Of a DNA stretch of 64,000 bases, positions 47,452 through 57,095 are shown piece by piece. The stretch comes from a virus (Duplodnaviria; Caudoviricetes). Below the pieces are notes generated by a model. The model ran no database searches. It was not told the DNA's origin and was given only the letters and a program-made list of their open reading frames with translations. The first letter of the stretch is position 1. Each line of letters opens with the position of its first letter. A program made the position numbers and the translations under genes. The stretch lies in IMG/VR virus record IMGVR_UViG_651703002_000001, positions 1-64,000 of that record. One strand, 5' to 3'.

Positions 47452-49008
47452 ATGATTCTTGATATTCTTAATCAAATTAATTCTGCGCGTGGTAGTGCAA
47501 AACTACAAGTTCTGAAATCTCAAGAGAATAATGAACTTCTTAAAAAAGTTTGTTACATGACATATAGCAAACAGATCACTTTTGGAATCAGTAAAAAGAC
47601 TTTTCCAGAAAGATTGTTGGGGGAAAAAGAAACCATAACTCTAGAAGATGCTCTTTTGAATCTCAATATGTTGTATGCAACTCGCAAACTAACTGGTAAT
47701 AATGCTATTATTGCGCTGAAATGTATGATTTCTAGTTTGTCTATTGATGATGCTGAAGTGGTCAAACGTATACTTTTTGGGGATCTCGATGTTGGAATCA
47801 ACGTATCCACAATTAACAAGGTGTGGAAAGGGTTGGTTAAAGAACAGCCCCAGATGTTGAGTAGTCCAGAGGACCCCAAGCTAATCGATAAGATTTTAAA
47901 GCTTGGTAATGCATATGCCGAACTTAAAGCTGATGGTGCCCGTGGTTTTGGTGATATTTCCGGACACTCTAGTGTAGGTGGCATAAACTTTTACACCCGT
48001 AGCTCTAACGAGTATACCGGTCTAGAACGCATTATGAGAGCCATTGATAAAATGGAAGCCCATGGTTGGGTATTTGATGGGGAATTCGTTGTACGTGAAT
48101 CTAGCGCGGTAGAAATTGATGTTATGGCTTCACTGATGGGTGACGTTGAAGAAGTTGAACTATCTAAGAGTGATAAATACAAAACTGTTTTCGACCGTGA
48201 ATCCGGTAATGGAATTATGAACAAATCACTCAAGGCTAGTATCTCGCCGGAAGATGCGGATCGGGTTGTGTATCAGGTATGGGATATTGTTCCTCGAAAT
48301 GTGTATTATGGTGAGGTTCCTTGTCCTCCTGATCTGACTCAACAAAAACGCAGAAAAATCCTTATTGACTTCTTGAGTAAAATCGATGATGATTGTATTC
48401 AGATCATTGAATCAACCCCAGTTAAAACGATTGAAGATGTTCGCCGGGTTTATCAGGCATATGTTCAAGATGGATATGAAGGTATCATTCTGAAACATGG
48501 GGATTCTTTGTGGGAAGACAAACGAAGTAAACTATTTGTTAAATTTAAGGAAAAATATCCTTTCGACCTTGGTATTGTTGAAGTATACGAACACGATAAG
48601 GATCCTAACAAAGTCGGTGGTTTCGTTATGGTTTCCGATTGTGGTACAATCAAGACTCGGGGCGGTAGCGGTCTTACCGATACTACCCACAAGAAATCTT
48701 ATAGTGCGATTGATATGTTTAATCACCCCGAACTAGAAAGGTTTGAGGACAAAGGCGGTCAGTTTATCGAGATCTATATCCCGTTAGAAGAACGTGACGA
48801 ATTGGATCGAGAAAAGCTAATGCAGATGTATCGAAATGGTGAACTTGATGATATGATTGTAGAATGTGAGGTTAACGCCCCAACTACATCGAAGACCCGC
48901 AAAGCTGGGGATCCCGAGTTTAGTTTCTTCTTGCCAATCATTAAAAAGTTGCGTTGGGACAAAAACAAAGCAAATCGTTATGAAGATGTTTTTGTGATAA
49001 ACAGTTGA
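47452..49008 (+). CDS. 30: ATP-dependent DNA ligase gp30
   Basis: KADGAR, FDGE, WDIV, EGIILK, KFKE, GSG, FLPI. Confidence 0.96.
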   Translation: MILDILNQINSARGSAKLQVLKSQENNELLKKVCYMTYSKQITFGISKKTFPERLLGEKETITLEDALLNLNMLYATRKLTGNNAIIALKCMISSLSIDDAEVVKRILFGDLDVGINVSTINKVWKGLVKEQPQMLSSPEDPKLIDKILKLGNAYAELKADGARGFGDISGHSSVGGINFYTRSSNEYTGLERIMRAIDKMEAHGWVFDGEFVVRESSAVEIDVMASLMGDVEEVELSKSDKYKTVFDRESGNGIMNKSLKASISPEDADRVVYQVWDIVPRNVYYGEVPCPPDLTQQKRRKILIDFLSKIDDDCIQIIESTPVKTIEDVRRVYQAYVQDGYEGIILKHGDSLWEDKRSKLFVKFKEKYPFDLGIVEVYEHDKDPNKVGGFVMVSDCGTIKTRGGSGLTDTTHKKSYSAIDMFNHPELERFEDKGGQFIEIYIPLEERDELDREKLMQMYRNGELDDMIVECEVNAPTTSKTRKAGDPEFSFFLPIIKKLRWDKNKANRYEDVFVINS

Positions 49009-49034
49009 CATTCAATATACGGGGGAGTAAAATC
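49006..49034 (+). promoter_or_regulatory. Sigma70-type promoter TTGACA-N17-TAAAAT
   Basis: Perfect -35, 17-bp spacer. Confidence 0.6.
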
Positions 49035-49061
49035 CCCCATACATTCAAAGAGGAATATATT

Positions 49062-49238
49062 ATGAAAGGTTATATCTCATACATGGGTAAAGTTGTTGAT
49101 GTTGAACTGGATTCTGATGGAAACATCGATTTTGAATCTCTGGGGATCCCAGTTGTTGGAATTGTTCCTACCAAATTCAACCAAAATACGTTTGTAGACA
49201 CATACGGAAATGTTATCCACTTCAACGTATATCGTTAA
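49062..49238 (+). CDS. Small hypothetical protein
   Basis: 58 aa, GAGGA RBS. Confidence 0.6.
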   Translation: MKGYISYMGKVVDVELDSDGNIDFESLGIPVVGIVPTKFNQNTFVDTYGNVIHFNVYR

Positions 49239-49248
49239 GGATATAAAT

Positions 49249-49851
49249 ATGAGTATTCGTAAATTCAAATTCAAGAACGTAGAATTTTTCAAGTCTTTCA
49301 TTAGTAAACATGATGAACTTCGTGGGGTTTTGTATTGGCATCATCCATTTGAAGTGGAATATGACGAAGATTTTGGTTCTATTCATAATATTAAAGATCT
49401 TATGGACCAATGGCACACAACCGAGTTTGGAACTCCTTTCTTCGGACATAACGAGATCAAAGAAAATCTTATTGAGATTTACGACTGCGAATATATGAAT
49501 AATATAGGTATGTCTCGGGATGATTATTGGAAAGAGGTAATGAATCGCCGTCAGCCCGAATGGTGTGAACTCGACAGATTGAATATGATAGCTTCTCACT
49601 TCTTCCATGAAGATGAATCAAAAGATTTTTATTATGGTGGGAAATTGTCTACATTTCTTCGGGAAGCAAAGCGCCCATATGGTAATAAAGATAAACCGCA
49701 ATCAATTGCATACACCCTTGGTTGGGATTGGGCTCGAAATTTGTGTCATGATATGAAAGGGCTTCCTGATGATGTTAAAGAAGCCGCAGAAAACCTACAT
49801 AAAAAACTTATAGAACAAGTAGAAGAGAAGGAAAAGGATGAGCGAGAGTGA
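49249..49851 (+). CDS. Hypothetical protein
   Basis: AAGGA RBS; 200 aa. Confidence 0.65.
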   Translation: MSIRKFKFKNVEFFKSFISKHDELRGVLYWHHPFEVEYDEDFGSIHNIKDLMDQWHTTEFGTPFFGHNEIKENLIEIYDCEYMNNIGMSRDDYWKEVMNRRQPEWCELDRLNMIASHFFHEDESKDFYYGGKLSTFLREAKRPYGNKDKPQSIAYTLGWDWARNLCHDMKGLPDDVKEAAENLHKKLIEQVEEKEKDERE

Positions 49852-51142
49852 AATCACACTAACCCCAAGTCAGAATATGGCAGTAAATGAAGTAAAGAAC
49901 GGGACCGGACATATCACTATTTCCGGTCCTCCCGGTAGTGGGAAAACTTTTTTGGTAAAATATTTGATAAAGATGTTGGGTGATGAATTGGGGACGGTTC
50001 TTGCCGCACCAACACACCAAGCCAAAATTGTATTAACCGAAATGTCTGGGATTGAAGCATGTACGATCCATAGTTTGATGAAAATCCATCCAGAAACTCT
50101 GGAAGATATTCAAATATTCGACCAAAGCAAATTACCCGATTTGAGTAATATTCGTTATTTGATCGTTGAAGAAGCTTCGATGCATTCAAAAACCTTATTC
50201 AAAATCACTATGAAATCTATCCCTCCTACTTGTCGTATAATCGCAATTGGAGATAAGGACCAGATTCAGCCGGAAGAACACGCTCAAGGTGAACTTAGTC
50301 CATATTTTACAGATCCTAGATTCTCGCAGATTCGTCTTACTGATATTATGAGGCAATCACTGGATAATCCTATTATTCAGGTTGCAACTAAGATCCGTGA
50401 AGGTGGGTGGATTGAACCTAATTGGAATAGAGATACCAAAACTGGGGTTTATAAAGTCTCCGGTATCACGGATCTCGTTAATTCATATCTTCGTGCAGTG
50501 AAGACACCCGAGGATTTAACCAAGTATCGGTTTTTGGCATACACTAATAAAGTTGTAAACAAGGTTAATTCTATTGTTCGGGAACATGTATATAAAACCA
50601 AGTTACCATTTATTGAAGGTGAAAAAATAGTTCTTCAAGAGCCGGTAATGGTTGAACATGAAGATGACACCATAGAAACCATTTTTACAAATGGTGAAGT
50701 GGTAACTATCAATGAAATTGAAGTATTTGATAGGACAATTCGAATTGACGGATCCCCAGAATTTAAAGTCAATGCTGCTAAATTATCAGTATCTTCTGAT
50801 TATTCTGGTATAGAACATGATTTTTGTGTATTATATGGGTCTGAATCCCGACTCGAATTTGAATATCAACTAAGTGAATCTGCCGGAAATATTAAACAAA
50901 TGGGTAAAGGTGGAAATCAACGTTCCGCTTGGAAGTCATTTTGGGCAGCTAAAAAGATGTTTATAGAGACTAAATCTCTTGGGGCATCAACCATTCATAA
51001 GAGCCAAGGTAGTACGGTTAAAGGTGTTTGGTTGGCATTACATGATATACATTATGCTGATGAAGAACTGAAACAACAGTTGGTTTATGTTGGTGTTACA
51101 CGCCCTACCGATTTTTGTTTGTACTTTGACGGCACTAAATAA
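49838..51142 (+). CDS. dda: Dda SF1B DNA helicase
   Basis: GPPGSGKT, APTHQAK, TIHS, EEASM, GDKDQ, HKSQGST, YVGVTR. Confidence 0.95.
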   Translation: MSESEITLTPSQNMAVNEVKNGTGHITISGPPGSGKTFLVKYLIKMLGDELGTVLAAPTHQAKIVLTEMSGIEACTIHSLMKIHPETLEDIQIFDQSKLPDLSNIRYLIVEEASMHSKTLFKITMKSIPPTCRIIAIGDKDQIQPEEHAQGELSPYFTDPRFSQIRLTDIMRQSLDNPIIQVATKIREGGWIEPNWNRDTKTGVYKVSGITDLVNSYLRAVKTPEDLTKYRFLAYTNKVVNKVNSIVREHVYKTKLPFIEGEKIVLQEPVMVEHEDDTIETIFTNGEVVTINEIEVFDRTIRIDGSPEFKVNAAKLSVSSDYSGIEHDFCVLYGSESRLEFEYQLSESAGNIKQMGKGGNQRSAWKSFWAAKKMFIETKSLGASTIHKSQGSTVKGVWLALHDIHYADEELKQQLVYVGVTRPTDFCLYFDGTK

Positions 51143-51184
51143 TATAAAGGGGGAGATAATCCCCCAAAATAAAGAGGATCTATA

Positions 51185-51358
51185 ATGGATAAGTGTATTG
51201 TTTGTAAACAAGAAGTAAAAGCCCACGAAGTTGCTATGACTCCCCATGGAATTGTTCATGCTGGGGTATGTCTATCTTTCTATGATGAGAAGGCAAAGAC
51301 TCCCTTTCTGAGTGAATCTGATATCGGTAAAGAATTAGAACAGGTGCAAATTCTGTGA
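51185..51358 (+). CDS. UvsY.-2-like small Zn-binding protein
   Basis: MDKCIVCKQ...G.VH.G.C; GAGGA RBS; syntenic (below the ORF-track cutoff). Confidence 0.7.
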   Translation: MDKCIVCKQEVKAHEVAMTPHGIVHAGVCLSFYDEKAKTPFLSESDIGKELEQVQIL

Positions 51359-51771
51359 GTCATTCATTGGAATCATTACAGGAAGAATTGGATAAAGACC
51401 TTATTATTGATAGGACTAATATCCAAAGTGCGGCTGTGAGTAATCCGGTAATCTATGGGAAGTGGATCAAGTATAAAGCGGATCTGTGTCGTCAACGAAT
51501 TGGGTTGGAAGCAGAACGACTAACCGTTACTCGGGATAGCCTAATGCATAATACCGGTCGTGGTGATGATGTGTGTATGTTTGAGTTTAGTTCTACAGAA
51601 TTAAAAGTAATCATACCCGCAGAAGACGAAGTTATGAAATGTAACAAGAAAGTAGATTATATTGATGTAATGATCAAATTTTGTGATGGTGCTATTGAAT
51701 CCGTTAGACAACGAGGGTTTAGTATCAGAGCAATTATCGATCATCAAGCTCTTATGGCTGGTATAAAATAA
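51355..51771 (+). CDS. uvsY: UvsY recombination mediator
   Basis: LQEELDKDLIID, YGKW, RGFSIR. Confidence 0.92.
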   Translation: MSHSLESLQEELDKDLIIDRTNIQSAAVSNPVIYGKWIKYKADLCRQRIGLEAERLTVTRDSLMHNTGRGDDVCMFEFSSTELKVIIPAEDEVMKCNKKVDYIDVMIKFCDGAIESVRQRGFSIRAIIDHQALMAGIK

Positions 51772-51806
51772 AAAATCCCAAGAGATTCAATCTCTTGGGA
51801 TTTTTG
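51770..51806. terminator. Bidirectional terminator between uvsY and uvsW.1
   Basis: AAAAATCCCAAGAGATT-C-AATCTCTTGGGATTTTT between convergent genes. Confidence 0.85.
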
Positions 51807-51809
51807 TTT

Positions 51810-52082
51810 TTAGAAGTCTTCCACTTCTTGACCATCTTCTTCGGCGGCAAACGCTTCACGGCGACCATCTATGGCATCACGAATTTGAATGTCGTCTGTA
51901 TCCGAAATGGTAACGTTCTTGATACGAGAGGTGTAATAACTTTCAAGTTCATCAAGTCCCTTTGGAGTTAGACAAGACATAATCTTACCCAAGAACTTTT
52001 CTATACTAACTGATGGTTTATCAGAACCTTCAACCTCTTCCTCAACTTCTTCTTTTATAAGCATATAATCTTTGAAATACAT
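51810..52082 (-). CDS. uvsW.1: UvsW.1
   Basis: KIMSCLT..GLDELE.YY..R...DTDDIQIRDAI. Confidence 0.88.
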   Translation of the reverse strand: MYFKDYMLIKEEVEEEVEGSDKPSVSIEKFLGKIMSCLTPKGLDELESYYTSRIKNVTISDTDDIQIRDAIDGRREAFAAEEDGQEVEDF

Positions 52083-53587
52083 TACAGTATAACCTCTTTA
52101 ATTTGATATTCGAAATGTTCAGAATTGTACCGTTCAATGCGATTCAATCCATGTTTGTACAAAAAGTTTTTATGATTATACTTGACAGAACCGGGTTTAC
52201 TATTTTTTGATTCCGTACAAAGGTTATCTATAATATCCCACAGATGAGCAAGTAGTTTAGAATCGTGTTTTCTTAAAACCCGACCTATAGACTGCAACGT
52301 TAATACTTTGGATTTCAAACCAGAGCCAAATATAACGTGATGTAATTTCTTTATAGAAATACCGGTCGCAAATATACCATAAGACGCAACGATGATAATT
52401 CCGTCCCCAGCTTCGGCGGCAACTTTTAGCGCGTCCCGATCAACAGTCTTAGTATCACCATTAGCAAAGAATACCTTATCATGCTTCTTACATAGTGCCT
52501 CATAAAGTTTCTTTCCATGGGCTTTATGTCTAAAAAGTATTAAGGTATTTTCATTATTTACCTTGCTTAATTTAAGAGCCAGCTTACATACAAACGCATT
52601 ACGCTTTGTATGTTCTTCCATAAATGTCACTTCTTGTTGATACTCAATACCTTTAGTAACTACACAATCTTCTTTAGGATATCTCAGGAACAGACAATTA
52701 ATTTTTAGGTCTGTTACTTGTCCCTCTTCCATAAGCTGTTTTGTACTTACCGGCTTATATACATCACCAAATACCCCTACATACGACATAATATTACATT
52801 TACCGTCTTTAAGGGACCCACTCATACCAAACTTAAAAGGGCATTCGTTTAGATTTGTTATGATATTCTTTATCTCAGATCCTACGTTATGACATTCGTC
52901 AATCATAAGCATACCGAATTGTTTAAACCAATGAGCCGGTTGTTTAGATGCACTTTGCCAAGTAGAAACGTAGATAGGGCACTCTGAATCTTTTCTCTTA
53001 CCTGCCATAATACCATGAGTAAATGACGGGCTTATGAATCCATAATCGTTGAAGTCATCCAACATCTGAGTAACCAACGATGTTGTAGGAACGATTAATA
53101 GAACTTTCCCGCTATAATTAGTGATATACCAATAGCAAAGTAAAGCAGCGATTAGAGATTTACCCGCAGACGTTGGAAGGTTTAATATTCCACGATTTTT
53201 TGTGATCGCATAATAAACTGCATCCGCCTGATACCAATGAGGGGTAATAGGTTCACCTTTGCTCATAATTTGGATACCATTCAACCATGCATCAAATTCT
53301 TCTCTACTTACAAAATTAGGTTCTGGATTGAAATCAGAATCCTTTGTGAAGTCGTATTCATTTTTAGCGCAATATTTTTCTAGGTGATTAACCAAACCGT
53401 ATGGAAATTTACCATCAGGTTGTAATAGCCGGATCCTTCCGTCCCAACTACTATATTTAAATTTAGGGTTGAACCTCGCACCGCCATCCATTTCAAAAGA
53501 GTAATATTCTCTCAATTCTCTAAAAATGTCTTGATCGGTTTCAATTTCAGCATGACTATAATCATGGAATTTTACGTTAACTTTCAT
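52082..53587 (-). CDS. uvsW: UvsW RNA-DNA/DNA helicase
   Basis: PTSAGKS, DECH, SGS, QSIGRVLR. Confidence 0.96.
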   Translation of the reverse strand: MKVNVKFHDYSHAEIETDQDIFRELREYYSFEMDGGARFNPKFKYSSWDGRIRLLQPDGKFPYGLVNHLEKYCAKNEYDFTKDSDFNPEPNFVSREEFDAWLNGIQIMSKGEPITPHWYQADAVYYAITKNRGILNLPTSAGKSLIAALLCYWYITNYSGKVLLIVPTTSLVTQMLDDFNDYGFISPSFTHGIMAGKRKDSECPIYVSTWQSASKQPAHWFKQFGMLMIDECHNVGSEIKNIITNLNECPFKFGMSGSLKDGKCNIMSYVGVFGDVYKPVSTKQLMEEGQVTDLKINCLFLRYPKEDCVVTKGIEYQQEVTFMEEHTKRNAFVCKLALKLSKVNNENTLILFRHKAHGKKLYEALCKKHDKVFFANGDTKTVDRDALKVAAEAGDGIIIVASYGIFATGISIKKLHHVIFGSGLKSKVLTLQSIGRVLRKHDSKLLAHLWDIIDNLCTESKNSKPGSVKYNHKNFLYKHGLNRIERYNSEHFEYQIKEVIL

Positions 53588-53618
53588 GTGAATCTCTCAT
53601 TATATTCTAATACTATAT

Positions 53619-53638
53619 TATTTAGGGATCTCTAAATA
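53619..53638. promoter_or_regulatory. Back-to-back late promoters TATTTAG-GGATCT-CTAAATA
   Basis: CTAAATA on both strands, facing uvsW and the 53686 ORF. Confidence 0.65.
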
Positions 53639-53685
53639 AAGTAGGGAATGAGAACTCATTCCTTCCTATAAGTAGGGGAATAATC

Positions 53686-54051
53686 ATGTTAATAAACAAT
53701 AAATTGTTTAAGGACACCCTACCCGTACTATCAGTTGTCATTGCAATTTGGGCCTCGATATTCTCATATAATGAGTTTATTGCAGACGCTCGCCAAGTTG
53801 CATTGAAAGAGCAGATCACAACCCACATGGACAAGTCTATAGACAACCTTAGAACGGAGATTAAAAGTCTCCCAAATAAGGAGTCGGTGGAAACTGCCCA
53901 ACTAAGGGCTATGCTATACAGTAAAGACTTGATCGATGAGGCTAATCGGGGGAACCGACTTGAGATTGCTGAACTGGAAAAGCGTATTGGTGATATGGAA
54001 AGCGCAAGTATCGAATCGAAAGATCGTAAAAAGCGTAGAGAAGACGGTTAA
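53686..54051 (+). CDS. Late membrane-anchored coiled-coil protein
   Basis: N-terminal TM segment (LPVLSVVIAIWASIF), helical C-part, own late promoter and terminator. Confidence 0.65.
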   Translation: MLINNKLFKDTLPVLSVVIAIWASIFSYNEFIADARQVALKEQITTHMDKSIDNLRTEIKSLPNKESVETAQLRAMLYSKDLIDEANRGNRLEIAELEKRIGDMESASIESKDRKKRREDG

Positions 54052-54067
54052 AGGGTTTGTCTAAGTG

Positions 54068-54098
54068 GGTCACACGCGAGAGCATGTGACCTTTTTTT
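54068..54098 (+). terminator. Terminator
   Basis: GGTCACACGC-GAGA-GCATGTGACC + T7. Confidence 0.8.
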
Positions 54099-54108
54099 AT
54101 AAAAAGTG

Positions 54109-54137
54109 TTGACCTATCCATCTGGTTTAGGTATTAT
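54109..54137 (+). promoter_or_regulatory. Early sigma70-type promoter TTGACC-N17-TATTAT
   Basis: A-rich UP element, 17-bp spacer. Confidence 0.65.
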
Positions 54138-54168
54138 CTATCTCGTTGAGACGCAAAAGGAATCAAGA

Positions 54169-54651
54169 ATGATGAACAAAGAATTTGAATTTATGTTTGA
54201 TATGGATGGTGTTCAGGCCGATTGGTGCCATTCATTTGATGTTGTGTACGGTTCCGGTGCCTCTGAAATTTTTGATAGTCTTGGAAAAGAAGAAAAGAAT
54301 GTTGTTAAGGCAGAGCTTGCAAATGGTGATTTTTATCGTCACCTTCCAGTAATGGAGAAAGGTGTGGCTCTGGTGATAGAACTGGTTCGGCGCGGTCGTA
54401 AAGTTAGATCCTGACCAGTGTTGGTCGTCAGAACCCAAAAAACGTAGTTCGTCAGAAGAGAGCATGGATCTCTGATGTGTACCCCTGCTGACGTTGCTGT
54501 TGTTCTTCTGGAAAATTTCTATTATACTCTGTGTAGTGAAGATAAAGCAGCGTTTGCCCGTCCTAATGTGTGTCTGGTAGATGACCGAGCGAAAAGCCGT
54601 GAACCTTTCATTGCTGCCGGTGGCGTTGCTGTTGATATTGTTGACCTTTAA
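54169..54651 (+). CDS. HAD-family 5'(3')-deoxyribonucleotidase-like protein (frameshifted)
   Basis: FDMDGV motif I; downstream frames give ILTS and LVDDR..AAGG. Confidence 0.7.
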
Positions 54652-54663
54652 GAGGAATTTGTT

Positions 54664-54981
54664 ATGTTGATTGAAAGTCTGTCTGTTGGTGCGGTTTGTC
54701 TTGGTCTTGCCTATGGTCTTGACAAATTTATGGGAACTGGGTTGTTTAAATGGAAAGAGACCCCAAAAGATATCAATTTAGTTATCTCTAAGGAAGACCA
54801 AAATCGAAAATTGAAGAATGAACTCAATTTGGGTAAGATTGTTAATGAACAAAAAGTTAAAAACAAAAATTATTACGGTGGTCATAAAGCAAAGGTTATC
54901 CATAAAGAGCATAAGCTTAATAAACCGCATCCAGTAATTGTTAATTTTGTAAATAAATTGTATAAGGAAAACCAAAAATGA
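54664..54981 (+). CDS. Hypothetical protein with N-terminal hydrophobic segment
   Basis: GAGGA RBS; 105 aa. Confidence 0.6.
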   Translation: MLIESLSVGAVCLGLAYGLDKFMGTGLFKWKETPKDINLVISKEDQNRKLKNELNLGKIVNEQKVKNKNYYGGHKAKVIHKEHKLNKPHPVIVNFVNKLYKENQK

Positions 54982-55295
54982 ACCAAGAACAATACCAACA
55001 CATCTATTTTTCAAAATGTAGCACATCGATCTGGCGAAACAATAACGGTCGTGATGCAGAGGCTTTGCCTAAAAACAAACCACTCGACTTTTTGAATGAA
55101 CAATGTGAACTTGTAAATTCTGGTAAAAAGTATTTTGTATGTACCTGTTGTGGTACAGCAAAAGATAAAGAGCAACTTATCGGAAATGTATTTGCAGGAT
55201 ATTACTGTTATGAATGTCACGATAAAACCCCGCAGATCCAACGGAACCTTCGTGATAGTAAAAATCTGGATTTTATGACTAATTTAATTATATGA
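54978..55295 (+). CDS. Hypothetical Zn-finger protein
   Basis: CTCCG...CYEC. Confidence 0.6.
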   Translation: MNQEQYQHIYFSKCSTSIWRNNNGRDAEALPKNKPLDFLNEQCELVNSGKKYFVCTCCGTAKDKEQLIGNVFAGYYCYECHDKTPQIQRNLRDSKNLDFMTNLII

Positions 55296-55305
55296 GGAAG
55301 AATAA

Positions 55306-56313
55306 ATGATTTTTGTAAAATATAACTCTCTGGAAAACCACTATCGTCAGAACGTAATTGATGCATTCGTTAATGCTGGGTACACCGCCCCCGGAGTTGA
55401 TTGGGTAGTAATGAAAAACCTCCACGGAACTAATTTTCAACTGGCAGTAGATGAATCCCATGTACAGGCTGGGCGGCGAACCGACCTTCTTGGAGATTTC
55501 GACCAGTTCTTTGAAGCGGATCTCATTGTAAAACGTTATGAAGAAAAGGCTAGGGAAGTATTCAACGAAATTAAACTGTGTATTGATAACGTAACACAAA
55601 TTACCATTTTCGGGGAATATGCGGGTAATCTTACCTCTGGTAAGAAGATCCAAAAAGAAGTAGAATATGGGGATCAAGATTTCTACGTATTCGATATCAT
55701 GGTTTTTGTAGAAGGGGAAGAGTCTGGTTACTACCTACACCATGATGCAGTTATGGAGCTTATTAAAAATAAATTCAAACATGCACCAGTGATCTATATT
55801 GGGAGTTTTGATGGTGTTACCAAACTTCCGAATGACTTCCAATCCATAGTAATCCCGTCAAACAAGGCTGGTAAATTTGGATTGGTTGAAGGGACTGATA
55901 ACATTGCAGAGGGTTTTGTTGCAAAAACTGCTAATGTGGTGTATACCCGATTTGGTCGGGCAATCTTCAAATCTAAAAACTCCAAATTTACCGAGAAAGG
56001 TAAATCTGATAAACCTGTTAAGGTGAAGGAACCTCTTGGAGAATCCGACCTTGAAATGGTACATGAGATCTCAGAATATCTAAATGTAAATCGTCTCAAA
56101 AACGTCCTTAGTAAGATTGGGATCCCGACTACCAAGGAATTTGGTAAGGTTGCTGGTAACCTATCCAAAGACGCAATTGAAGATTACACCAAGGACACAG
56201 AAAAGAGTCTCCGCGATGCAGATCGCCCGTCTGATGTAGGTAAAGCAGTGAACAACCTTGCAGGGGAACTTGTTCGGGATAACTGGATGAACATTTTGGA
56301 CGGAAATTTCTAA
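55306..56313 (+). CDS. rnlB: RNA ligase 2
   Basis: KYNSLENH, HGTNF, FGEYAG, FYVFDI, EGFV, KSKNSKFTE. Confidence 0.92.
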   Translation: MIFVKYNSLENHYRQNVIDAFVNAGYTAPGVDWVVMKNLHGTNFQLAVDESHVQAGRRTDLLGDFDQFFEADLIVKRYEEKAREVFNEIKLCIDNVTQITIFGEYAGNLTSGKKIQKEVEYGDQDFYVFDIMVFVEGEESGYYLHHDAVMELIKNKFKHAPVIYIGSFDGVTKLPNDFQSIVIPSNKAGKFGLVEGTDNIAEGFVAKTANVVYTRFGRAIFKSKNSKFTEKGKSDKPVKVKEPLGESDLEMVHEISEYLNVNRLKNVLSKIGIPTTKEFGKVAGNLSKDAIEDYTKDTEKSLRDADRPSDVGKAVNNLAGELVRDNWMNILDGNF

Positions 56314-56332
56314 AATAAATTAAAAAAAGGGG

Positions 56333-56361
56333 TTGCATCGGTCAGCCCCTTTTGGTATCTT
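56333..56361 (+). promoter_or_regulatory. Early promoter TTGCAT-N17-TATCTT
   Basis: A-tract UP element, 17-bp spacer; downstream sequence resembles the 54109 promoter. Confidence 0.55.
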
Positions 56362-56398
56362 ATTCATATCGAAACAAGAGATGAAAAGGAAGAGAATC

Positions 56399-57025
56399 AT
56401 GAACAACGAAAAATTCGAAATTCTGATGAGTGAAGCGGTTGAGATGGTTGAAGCTGGTTTTGTTTCTAAAGCCGGTCAAAAAAGAGCCCTCGCACTTTGC
56501 ACATCAATGATGGATATGATTCGTGCGGAATTCTCCGGTGCATATCTCGACCTTTACAACTACGAAGAACGTGACTTGCCAGAAAATCAAGCGGCTTGTG
56601 ACCTGTATTATGCCCAACCGAACACCGCGACTTTCGCAAAGTATTTGGTAAAGGCAGAAACCGCAGTGGGTCGTATGGATAAAGAGGTTGTTAACTCCCT
56701 GATTGCTCTTGGTGAACAAGTTGTTGCGATGATAGCAACAATCAAGGCCGCAGAAATCAAAGCTCCCGAGCCGAAAGTAAGCGAGCGCGAGATTGCAGTT
56801 AAGGAATCCATCATGGACCTGATGAAACGCCGTGGTGAACAATATAACCGTTGTCTGCGCCTTGATGAAATGTTCGGGACTATGGGTATCACCGCGAACG
56901 TTCACATTGTTCACGGTCACAAAGGAACTGTGTTTCTTCGCGCCTTCTACTACATTCTCGGTCATCTGACCCCCCTGAGTGTGATTATCGCAGCGATTGA
57001 AGAAGCTAATAAGCGTAATAAATAA
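56399..57025 (+). CDS. Hypothetical early protein
   Basis: AAGGA RBS, early promoter, high-expression codon usage. Confidence 0.7.
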   Translation: MNNEKFEILMSEAVEMVEAGFVSKAGQKRALALCTSMMDMIRAEFSGAYLDLYNYEERDLPENQAACDLYYAQPNTATFAKYLVKAETAVGRMDKEVVNSLIALGEQVVAMIATIKAAEIKAPEPKVSEREIAVKESIMDLMKRRGEQYNRCLRLDEMFGTMGITANVHIVHGHKGTVFLRAFYYILGHLTPLSVIIAAIEEANKRNK

Positions 57026-57030
57026 GAAGA

Positions 57031-57067
57031 CAAGAAACGTTGGCTTGAAAAGGTCAACGTTTCTTGA
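57031..57067. terminator. Long stem-loop after early gene
   Basis: CAAGAAACGTTG...CAACGTTTCTTG inverted repeat. Confidence 0.55.
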
Positions 57068-57095
57068 CAATTAACTTAAAAGGTAATTTTCAAAA

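Noticed and set aside
49242-49249. Canonical TATAAATA late promoter
   Set aside because: Lies between the RBS and the start codon of the 49249 ORF, so it could not produce a leadered mRNA for it; probably chance in AT-rich DNA.
55405-55435. RNA ligase 2 apparently with a displaced motif I lysine (MKNLHGTNF)
   Set aside because: ATGAAAAACCTC converts to ATGGAAAAACTC (MEKLHG) by two compensating homopolymer changes; likely artefact.
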